Of a DNA stretch of 64,000 nucleotides, positions 54,733 through 64,000 are shown in pieces. Numbering within the stretch: position 1 is the first letter of the stretch; every line of letters starts with the position of its first letter. The notes beneath the pieces are model-generated. The model saw only the letters and a list, made by a program, of their open reading frames with translations, was not told the origin of the DNA and did no database searches. This stretch comes from Octopus vulgaris (lineage: Eukaryota). The position numbers and the translations under genes were made by a program. The DNA is taken from contig OX597830.1 in NCBI GenBank assembly GCA_951406725.2, positions 43,648,001 through 43,712,000 of the forward strand. The letters run 5' to 3'.

Positions 54733-57700
54733 TGTTTTATTATTACCCACAAGGGGCAAACAAAGAGGGGACGATACAACCTGATGTGGGGTCAGATTCT
54801 CGGATGGGGTTACAAAAAGGATGAGATTAAAAATTTCAAAAATTCACAAAAATGCAAAAATTATAAAATCGAATGAATAACAGACCGGAAGACATTACAG
54901 GTGGAGTGGGGGCGGGTTCAGCTCAGACCCCACGAGCCCCGCCTCACCACTGATACTTTGGTTTCGTTCTGATTTACATTTATGTGGTGTCATCTATTCG
55001 CAACTTCCGTGCTACATCCTTCCATCGTTCTTCATACACTCTTTTAGTCAGGCATTTTCTCTCCAGCCCTATCTTCCTTTTCAGGTGGAAGATGAAGTAA
55101 TTCATCAACCCAGGGCCGGATATGAACTTGCCTGACCGTATACCTTTCATTCTCGTCTTCCATATCACCTCTTTCGCAATTGCTACCACAACGAGAAAAC
55201 AATTCTTACCTTCTTTCGCGAGGAAGTCTGGTGGGTCAATTTTTTTAATACACTCAGTCGACAGCTGTACTCTTCGTGTGCTTGACAACAGGTGTTCGGC
55301 ATAAACCCACACCTCAGACACGACCGAACAATGGACAATAGCGTGCGGGACGGTTTCCCTATCCCGCCCGCATCTTGGACACGTCGGACTGTCTTGGCCA
55401 CCGTGCCTTGCGAGTTTATCCCGAACAGGTAGAGCTCCTCTGTAGCATTGCCATGCCAGAGACTTCTGGAAGTTGTCCAGTGTCTTCGGCTCGAACGTAC
55501 GTCGGAACAGACTGGCCAGCTGATTATCGTCGAGACCTAGGGTTTCCCCCAGGGTGTCTTCACATTCCGCCTCTACCAACCCTCTATAGAAGAATGTGGT
55601 GGAACCCCCACCGCAGGCGTTGCCCGAGCGACGGAATAGCAGGAGAGCCTTGCGACACTCCGTATACCATGTGCCCAGTTTCGATTTACGATTCAACCAG
55701 GTTTCCCATCCACCGAAACTAGTGAACTTGGGAAACATCAGTTTTGCTAGCGAAGACCACACCCGTTCACCATCCAGGTAGAGCCACAGATGTCTTAACC
55801 TCAGCGCATGTTTGCGCATCATCAGCCAAGGCATCCCCAGCCCACCCTTTAACGGTTGTTGACAGCAAGTAGAGCGTTTCACAAATGGTTTCCCGCCCTT
55901 CCACAAGAAGTAGAAGAGCTGTCTTTCCAACTTGATCAACCACGAATCAGGGCATGGAACGACGGAAAGGCGGTAGGTGATAACCGATGCGATAAACACA
56001 TTGGCCACCTCCGCCCTCCCTTTCAGGGATAGCCACCGCCAAGACCAGGTCTTGGCTACTGCAGCCACCTTGCTCGTTACCTCGCCCCAATTCTTCTCTA
56101 TTTGGAGGTCTGGACCGAACCAGACCCCTAGCAGTTTAATCGGACCCTCCGTCCAACGTCCCACGACGCTGTCAGGAGGCATCGACTTGCCTCTCCAGGT
56201 GCCGAGTTGCAAGCCGACTGACTTTTCGCGATTAACTTTTGCTCCTGTCACCGTCTCGTAATCCTCTATGGCCTTGCCTACTTTACATAGGTGGTCCATT
56301 TCGGTTACGTTGATGGTGATGTCGTCCGCGTACGCTGACACTGATTTTCCATTACCTGGCTGTCTCGGGATGCCGCTCAGTTTTCGCAGTAATGGCTCAA
56401 GAGCCATCACGTACAAAAGCGGGGAGAGCGGACACCCTTGACGAACCGAGCGTTTGATTTTGAACGGCTTCGACAAGAAGCCGTTCACCCGAACTACCGA
56501 GTCGATGTTGTCATAAATTTGGATAATCCACCTGAGGAAGCCAAGGCTCAGCCCGAACTGTGCCAGGGCAGATACCAGGTAACGATGGTCGACCCTATCA
56601 AAAGCCTTGGATTGGTCTAAATGGACCAGTGCCCCACCCTTGCCAGAATCACTATTAAACCCCTCTATAGTGTACCGCATTAGATGGAGATTATCCTGAA
56701 TGGTTCTGCCCGGAACGGCACATGTCTGTGCCTCCCCGATCAGACCATCCGCGACACGCACCAATCTTTTCGATAACACTTTGGCCAAAATCTTCAACTC
56801 TGTGTTTAGCAGAGTGATGGGCCTGAAATTATCAATGCACTCCCCCTTGCTCGGGTCCTTTCTGACGAGAGTCACCACTCCCCGGCGCACAGATCTGGGT
56901 ATAAGCCCGTTCTGCTGCCAGTTCGCATAGACCTCCGCCAGTAGGTGCCCGAACAAGTCTGGCATACTCTTATATAACTCATAGGGTAGACCATCCAAAC
57001 CCGGCGCCTTGCCCGCGCCGCAGTCCGCCATTGCCTCAACCACCTCCTCAGGCGTGATTGGCCCTTCACAGCCCTCCGCATCTCGCCCCGATAAGCGCGG
57101 CAGCCCGTCGAGTAGGTCCGTAAAGGCCCTCCTCCTATCCAGCCCGCCGCACTCACCGAAAAGCTGAGCGAAGTGCTCCTGAAAGGCCTCACACATCTCC
57201 TCGGGTTCGTTTATCAACTCACCTTGTTGGTTCTTCAAAGATCGAATCGTGGCATCGTTGCCATTCCGGGCTTCCACCACTCGGGCCCATCTCACGGCGT
57301 TGATTCCTTCACATCCCGTATGACGGATTCTAGCCCTGACAATGCAGCCCATGTGTTTGGCCTCGAGGTGCTGGTTTAACACCAGTCTCTTGGACGCCAC
57401 CTGAGCCGCAGAGCCAGTTTTCATGGCTTCCTCTAATTCCTTAACTAGAGTAGTTTCCCTTCTAGCCTCTCTAGTCACTACTCCTATGCTATATCTAATA
57501 GACTCAAACTTGATGGCTCGTTTGAGGGCGTACCACCATTTGTTATTAATGATGGCACCAGACAGCGCCCTCTGAATTATAGTCCTAATCCGGTCTCTGT
57601 ACTCCTTAATCGCCAAAAGGGACGTATTAAGTTTCCAGTAACCGGATCCTCTATTTCTAACCTTATCTATGTCAAGCTTACAAGTGACCATTTTATGATC

Positions 57701-57961
57701 ACTGTAGCTGATCAGGTAAAACTGTGGACACTTAGCTATTTTACTGTCTACCTTTCTAATTAGAATTCTATCTATGTATGACCTGGAAGATCCGTCGCTG
57801 TTTGACCATGTCCACAATGGAGCGTTCGGAAATTCCAACCTATAAGGATCTGCTAGCTCAAAGCGGCTTAGCAGTTCCAGGAAGCAATAGTTACCTTTTC
57901 TATCTGCATTCGAGCCAACACAATCTACATCCGCTTTGCAAATTGTGTTAAAGTCTCCTAG
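54733..57961 (-). mobile_element. Young 5'-truncated L1/Tx1-clade LINE
   Basis: Perfect 18-bp TSD ctggctggcaagagaaca (54715-54732 and 57962-57979); uninterrupted ORF2; ~250-bp 3' UTR ending gggtaataataaaaca. Confidence 0.95.
54980..57961 (-). CDS. Tx1-like ORF2 (partial endonuclease, RT, zf-RVT), open for 994 codons but lacking its N-terminus
   Basis: LGDFN, SYIDRI, SDHK, GYWKLN, KAPGLDGLP, FRPITLLN, LDQSKAFDRV, VRQGCPLSP, AYADD, KGGLG, CPRC..ETVPHAIVHC. Confidence 0.9.
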   Translation of the reverse strand, partial: LGDFNTICKADVDCVGSNADRKGNYCFLELLSRFELADPYRLEFPNAPLWTWSNSDGSSRSYIDRILIRKVDSKIAKCPQFYLISYSDHKMVTCKLDIDKVRNRGSGYWKLNTSLLAIKEYRDRIRTIIQRALSGAIINNKWWYALKRAIKFESIRYSIGVVTREARRETTLVKELEEAMKTGSAAQVASKRLVLNQHLEAKHMGCIVRARIRHTGCEGINAVRWARVVEARNGNDATIRSLKNQQGELINEPEEMCEAFQEHFAQLFGECGGLDRRRAFTDLLDGLPRLSGRDAEGCEGPITPEEVVEAMADCGAGKAPGLDGLPYELYKSMPDLFGHLLAEVYANWQQNGLIPRSVRRGVVTLVRKDPSKGECIDNFRPITLLNTELKILAKVLSKRLVRVADGLIGEAQTCAVPGRTIQDNLHLMRYTIEGFNSDSGKGGALVHLDQSKAFDRVDHRYLVSALAQFGLSLGFLRWIIQIYDNIDSVVRVNGFLSKPFKIKRSVRQGCPLSPLLYVMALEPLLRKLSGIPRQPGNGKSVSAYADDITINVTEMDHLCKVGKAIEDYETVTGAKVNREKSVGLQLGTWRGKSMPPDSVVGRWTEGPIKLLGVWFGPDLQIEKNWGEVTSKVAAVAKTWSWRWLSLKGRAEVANVFIASVITYRLSVVPCPDSWLIKLERQLFYFLWKGGKPFVKRSTCCQQPLKGGLGMPWLMMRKHALRLRHLWLYLDGERVWSSLAKLMFPKFTSFGGWETWLNRKSKLGTWYTECRKALLLFRRSGNACGGGSTTFFYRGLVEAECEDTLGETLGLDDNQLASLFRRTFEPKTLDNFQKSLAWQCYRGALPVRDKLARHGGQDSPTCPRCGRDRETVPHAIVHCSVVSEVWVYAEHLLSSTRRVQLSTECIKKIDPPDFLAKEGKNCFLVVVAIAKEVIWKTRMKGIRSGKFISGPGLMNYFIFHLKRKIGLERKCLTKRVYEERWKDVARKLRIDDTT

Positions 57962-58994
57962 CTGGCTGGCAAGAGAACAGGCATGTGAAACAGCTGGCTG
58001 TTCTCGACAGCCAAAAGGCTAACCTGGTTTTACAGAGAACAAGAGGTTAAATTTTAGCATTCGGGAAAACTACAATACGCCACATTTTCGTGCGGACTGG
58101 TCGATTTATAGATTAATCACATGAAACTGTAGTGGCTCGCTCGTGGTGCTCAACTGAGTATCTAGTGGTTAGGGTTCGAATCCACTTTTCACTATCAAGG
58201 ACTATATTATGCCACGAATCTTTCCTATTTTAGGATGTTACGGTGTGGTTCGAAGGAGATTTATCAGTTATTCCTTGTGGATCATACGATAGCGAAGATG
58301 TTCCTTCGTTGGCTCGCATTAATTTTATCCTGAAAGTATGCTTCGATTTTCGGAGGTATATTTATTTGCCAGGCAAGTGATTCGATTGAGTCCATGTGTT
58401 GAAACTAAAACAATAACAACATGAAAGACACAGATTAGCAATTCAAAGACATTAATTTAAAAAAAAACAAAAAAAAAAAAAACTAGACAGTTAACTTCAT
58501 TTGTGTGGTAAGAAGTTTGCTTCCCAACTACATGGTTCCGGGTTCAGTCCCACTGCGTGGCACCTTGGGTTAGTATCCTCTATTTTAGCTTCGGGCTGAC
58601 CAAAGCCTTGTGATTGGATTTAGTAGACGGAAAGTGTGTGTGTGTGTGGGGGGGAGCCCGTCGTGTGTGTGTGTGCATGTGTGTTTGTGTTTGTAGCCCC
58701 ACCACTGCTTGACAACTGGTGTTGGTGTGTTTACGTCACCATGACTTAGTACTTAGGCAAAAGAGACTGATAGAAGTATAGGCTTAAAAAACTTAAGTAC
58801 TGGGGTCGATTTATTCGACTAAATGATTCTTCGAGGCGGTACCCCAGCATGGCCGCTGTCTAATGACTGAAACAAGAGATGAGAGATAAATACCACTTGC
58901 AAAGTCGCTCCACTCGTGACCTACCTGGCCATTGACAATAAAACAACATCGGTGACCAGGTGGCAAATAACACGACGAAAGTGTTTGGCACCAA

Positions 58995-59232
58995 ATAATC
59001 TTTTCTACTCTAGGCACAAGGCCCGAAATTTTTGGGGAGGGGGCCAGCCGATTAGATCGATCCAGTATGCAACTGATACTTAATTTATCGACCCTGAAAG
59101 GATGAAAGGCAAAGTCGAACTCGGCGGAATTTAAACTCAGAACGCGAAGACAGACAAGGGACTAAACACGGAGAGGAACAACGGATTAAGTCGATTATAT
59201 CGACCCCAGTGCGTAATTGGTACTTATTTAAT
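58995..59232 (-). mobile_element. Dimeric SINE family B remnant
   Basis: Same order as 13945-14200: monomer ending in a gtttag(c/t)cccttgt tail joined to a second monomer. Confidence 0.65.
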
Positions 59233-59399
59233 GCGTTGATGACGTAGACTTAGACATATGTAAGCCTGCTCACTGCATGTTTTCTAGAAACATATACACG
59301 AACTGTCAACAACCAGGGGATGAGTTGAAAAAAAAAAACATTTATTAACCTCGAAAGACTGACAATGACGTTGAGAACAATCTAGAAATCGTTTTTGGA

Positions 59400-59710
59400 T
59401 TACTGTTCATGACACTTTGATGATTTTGTAGTCTCAGGTTTTAACCACCAATTGTAAAAGACACCCATAGACCAGCATTGCCTCTGTTCCGCTTCGCAAC
59501 CGAACGGCCATGCGTAGCTCAATTCGGTCCCCTCCTCATCTACCGAGAATCTGAGCGAACTCGTATCAAAGTGCCTCGGTCTCCGCCCGTCTGAACCACA
59601 CAAATGCCGTTGTGAAGCGGTAGTCGATGAATTCAACCTGCAACCATAGCGCGGGCCGACTCCCCCGGCAAACCATTCTGAATGACATAATTAAAAGGAA
59701 CCTCAACGAG
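59400..59710 (+). mobile_element. Fragment of a second CRE-like family
   Basis: SASQPNGHA*LNSVPSSS..LGLRPSEPHKCRCEAVVD..AGRLPRQTILNDIIKRNL. Confidence 0.6.
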
Positions 59711-60369
59711 AGAGAAACTCGGATCTTGTGAATTTTCCGAGGTCCTCTCTTCGCCTTCCCGTTGCTTTACGCGGATTTTTTTTTTTTTTTTCATATTCGT
59801 TTCCTACACATTTTTTACGCCCATTGCACTATCTCTTTTTTCTGATGTTCGTTTCCGGGTCAAGTTGTAAACATTAACCCCGTCATTAGTGATGGTGGAT
59901 GTTTTACTAAACCTTGAGATGATTGCAATATTTTGGCTTGTGTGAATGAATATTCAATTTTTCTATTTCGAGATAATGTTGAAAAATGTACGATAAAAGT
60001 TGCTAATGAGAGCAGGAGGAAGTAAACAAAAAGTATCGAAGTTAGTTGAAAATAGTAATTTCCCAAATGTTAAACAGGTTTAATTACTTCTAATATGTAC
60101 AATGCGTGAAAAAACTAAGCTCGCGAGGTGGGTGGGGGCAGTTGAAATTCATAATATACATACAATGGTTGAATGAAACAAAAAATAAACTAATCACTTA
60201 CGCATAAATATCACATCTAAAAATATATAAATATATGCAAGAATGTTAAATATTGTGCATAAATACTAATTAAATGTTCGTGCTTACACTTACACTAAAA
60301 TAGTTAATTTAGTGAAAAGGAATATATTTTGCAAAAGAAAAGCAACAAAAAAGAGGAGAAAGAAAAAAT

Positions 60370-61490
60370 CCCATCAATGCAACACCAAGTGCTTCAACTG
60401 GTCGCAGACCTCAAGGTTCAACGGAACCTACTGAAGCGAGTCAACATGTTTGTGGCATTACTACGGGCGATGGCGAGGCTAAGGCGTTGGAAAAGCCAAG
60501 CGCCCGTCCTCGCAGGCATCACTTGACACATCGGTGAGGCAAGCTGCCAACGACGAGAAGAACTTCGCGGTTAGTGGCCCAGTCCCTCCAAACATCTCAA
60601 ACGCCACGGACTGAAAGAGAGAGTTCATTGCCAAGTCATGGTGCTTCAGGGTTTTGTTCCGTTCGACTACAGAAGCAGTGACCCTCCCATTTACCGCAGC
60701 ATCCAGGATGTGGAAGGGAGCAAAAGAGTGACGGACAGTGACATCTCAGATGAGGCACCTACTTCTTACCCATGGATAGAGGGTAAGACCATCTGGTCTC
60801 TTCCCATCACTTCTGAGGGGGGATATTAGTCTGAGCCAAGGCCCGCATAATGATTAAGTTTATCTCGGTGTGACGAGCGAAACGACCAGCTTTTAAGCGG
60901 TAAGACAGACGGTGAAGACCTGTAGGGTCGAGAGGCCTACCACAGCGACATCTCAGTCCCCTACAGACGTCAGCTTCCAGTCTAAGTGCGATGGAAAAGT
61001 GGAGCTCATCTAGACTGAGTCGACCTGTAATGTTGGGCCAAAGGCAGGGAATCAATCCAGTTCCCTGAGAATTTTGCACTTGCTGAAAGTAGACGACATC
61101 TCGAAAATTGATCAAATTGATCAAGGAGAGAGTTGAAAAAGTGACCTGAACGCAGATTGTCCCTGCTCTCTGCTTCCGTCTGTCCTCGATTGACAAACCC
61201 AGCTCTCTCCACTGTAACATAGCTTCATCCATCTGCCTGTTAGAATTAGTCCATGTTGGAGCGGAGAGGTTGTTGCCTACTAAAGGGGAGCAAGCATGGA
61301 TGGAGGAAAGAAAACAAGGAAGAGATAGAGATGAGCACTTGCGCAAACTTCGACCCCAAAACCGTTTGAGCAAAGTAATCTATTCGCGGGACTCTGGAGA
61401 GAGCTTGACATTGACCAAGCATTCGAGTTTCCTAAAGATTAGATCATCAAAGCACTGGAGAGACGACGGAATCTATAAGAGGGATCGAGT
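60370..61490 (-). mobile_element. CRE-like non-LTR 3' fragment of the same family as 22330-23400
   Basis: SIALRLEADVCRGLRCRCGRPLDPTGLH..AGRFARHTEINLII; RPDG motif near 60790. Confidence 0.8.
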
Positions 61491-61883
61491 CACTTGTTAT
61501 TCTATATTATGTTATTTTATACAATGCACATTAAATTTAATACCACAAATATAGTACATGTGTATGTATTCAAAATACTAAAATATATGCGTATTTACAC
61601 ACGAATCTTACAAACAGACTACATCCATTTTCCAAAGGTTTTCAAGGAACAGCAGGTTTAGTTTATGCAAAAGCAGCGCATTTACAACGTATTTGACACA
61701 TTCTGCGCAAAGGTACATAATAAGCATTATTTTTCACATTCACTGCGAGAATTCTGGAAGAACAGTTTTTCTTGTATAAACATGAAGGAGCACCAACACA
61801 CGTCGGTCTTCTGAATTTTCAATCAGTAATTTCAAGTTGTTTCAAATTTTCCTTCTGTTTAAAACAAGAAATGCTTGTATGTA

Positions 61884-62093
61884 CAGTAATCTCTCGCCAT
61901 ATCGCGGTTTATTATTTCAGCTTACGTCGATTCCTCTGTGGTGCTGTTTTGCGTTTATAATAAAATAAATATATAAAAATTATAAGAATAAAAAAAATAT
62001 ACAGTACAGTACTGTTTCTAATTTGCAGATTTTCACCTATCACGGCGGCGGGGGGGGGGGGGGGTAAAACTCGCGATAATCGAGGGATTACTG
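61884..62093. mobile_element. Tigger/pogo-like MITE
   Basis: TA-flanked TIRs cagtaatctctcgccatatcgcg / cgcgataatcgagggattactg. Confidence 0.75.
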
Positions 62094-62339
62094 TAATGCC
62101 ATAAGTAAATAAGCTGAAGTTGAATACATGATACCACTCCGTAAACACAATATAAAAGGTAATAGTGGAGTATATAAAAGGTAATAGTGAAGTAAGTGTA
62201 TACACAAAGGATGTTAAATATACATTCACCACACATAGCATATTATATATATTGATTAGATTTACCAATAAGAAAAAGGAGAAAATATACTTGATCATCA
62301 CAATTTATGAACATGCAAACGACAGCAGAATGAACTTTC

Positions 62340-62560
62340 AAATACAAAAAATAAACAGAACAACTTCAGTCCATGTCGACTCGTACCGCTCATGAGGGCA
62401 CCATATGAATATTTTGCTTTCTGAGTTCAGGAAAGCACTCGGATCGTGTGAATTTCTTAGAATGATTCTCAGCTTGCAACATCTACCTCCATTCAGAAAA
62501 GGTCCAGAATGTTCTAACAATTTCCAGTTGAGTTTGTTACAGCGTTTCTTCCTCTTTTAA
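62340..62560 (-). mobile_element. Penelope GIY-YIG C-terminal remnant
   Basis: LNWKLLEHSGPFLNGGRCCKL..LNSESKIFIWCPH resembles the peptide near 20300. Confidence 0.55.
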
Positions 62561-63299
62561 CGGTGCAACATCGCGCGTTTTCGTAGACCACGGTACTCAC
62601 TATATAAACCCTACACAAACATCATTTATGTTGCATAAAGGAAAAAGTAGTACGGAGGGATTACATGGTGAAAGGATTTCTCGTTTCAGTGATGTCGCTC
62701 GTTCTACATTTGGGATATCCTTTCTTTCTGAATTTCAGGTTTTCCTGCAGGAGTACCAGATTCGAAACTGAATCGTTGAATTGCCGAGTAAGACTCACGG
62801 CTTGGTCATAATTATTTAACGTGATCGGCCATGTTATTATCCAATCAGCATTGAGCTATCGTGTGATGTAATCTTCTAGACTCCTTCTAACGGGACTTAT
62901 GAACAGACGAATTTTTGGCGCTAAAACTTCGAAATGTTGGAGGCCGCCGCTACGAAAGCAACGTTCTCGCTTTTGTTTTCAGTTTTCAGCCGGAGCAGAA
63001 AAGGCATAGCAAAAGTTGTTTGAACAACGACTTACTGAACAGGTTGGATTTACTTACCGAGCAAGTTGGAAGCCATTGGATTTACTATGATTTTTCTCCG
63101 ATCGTGGCAGTGCGGTCACGGAGCTGTACTAACCAGCTATTTTGTTTTAACTTCACAGTTTATCTATTCCCATGTGTATAAATTATTGTTCTTATTCATC
63201 ATTCAAAGATTGATATGTAAAACATGTGCAGTGAATAAAACTTCTGTTAACTGTTCACGAGATTTTGCTCATTGTTAACACGCGGCCAGTAATCCAACA

Positions 63300-64000
63300 C
63301 TGCCACATAGCGAATCTATAAAAAACACCTTTGTGACAATTGGTGACATCCGACGAAGCCAACAAGCAACTATTGCGACCCAGGTTTTTATGCTGGATAT
63401 CCTTTGTTTCTGAGGCTTTATGTATTGAACCAGTGACAATTTCAGCTGATTGGTTACAAAAATGCTTTGATCAGAGCGTTCGCTGCATTCATTTCTTCAT
63501 TGACTTCATTAAAACTTTCGTACTTATAAATTCACATATGTTATTGAATTTACATATTATCAATGTAAATATATTATCAAGAAATGTGAGCTTTACTGTT
63601 CACAGCTGTCTTACTGTACCGGCTAAATTGGTTATATGTGCTTCACAGCAGAATATTTACATTTGCTATTACACAACTGGGAAGTTATCTGTAACGGTTT
63701 AATTCTAAATCAAACTTTTGTTTGTGATGAAAGGTCTCTTGTATACGAATGCCTACAATGTTGTCGCAAAAAAAATCTTTAAAATCTTTGTAGATAAAAT
63801 TCCAGTGGTATGTAACATGCTAGGACCCATAATAAATTTTGATAAAACTGTTGTTCTTTATCAAGCCTGTCATTTAAAACTCCGCTTGGATTAAAAAATA
63901 AATGAAACGTACATCCCTTCATATGTTTTGATCGTAAATAGAGTTCAGAAGTTATGGATATCTTTTGAAAATGACTATCTTCTGTATGGTCACATCGCTA
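63300..64000 (-). pseudogene. Possible heavily decayed hAT-like transposase
   Basis: EQQFYQNLLWVLACYIPLE resembles LLWLACRHHxLE; also EVNEEMNAANALIKAF; many disruptions. Confidence 0.3.

Noticed and set aside
63058-63076. Minus-strand ATGGCTTCCAACTTGCTCG|GTAAGT as a possible first exon
   Set aside because: Too short to identify and no downstream exon recognised.

Overview
Eukaryotic, AT-rich, repeat-saturated animal genomic DNA. The repeat repertoire ((GAT)n-tailed RTE LINEs, tRNA-derived SINEs, Penelope elements, dense microsatellites) suggests a coleoid cephalopod such as Octopus; this is an inference. The only host coding sequence I can recognise is the 63-bp first coding exon of VIRMA/virilizer (8644-8582, minus strand; absent from the ORF track), so 1-8581 is probably its intron 1. 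The rest is transposon-derived: RTE, Tx1/L1, R4/Dong and CRE non-LTR elements, Penelope fragments with hammerhead motifs, mariner and maT elements, a Helitron, and Merlin-, piggyBac- and Tigger-like MITEs. The most unusual object is a CpG-rich 495-bp palindrome (32264-32758) with 232-bp perfect arms and an imperfect centre. It has no TSD, carries outward-facing CRE/ETS/TATA-like motifs, and resembles the integrated hairpin or ITR junction of a linear DNA virus. Also notable are a SINE sharing its 3' tail with a young Tx1 element, a PHD finger inside the RTE reverse transcriptase, and a CpG-decay boundary near 45 kb. All comparisons were made by eye, and coordinates of decayed repeats are approximate.
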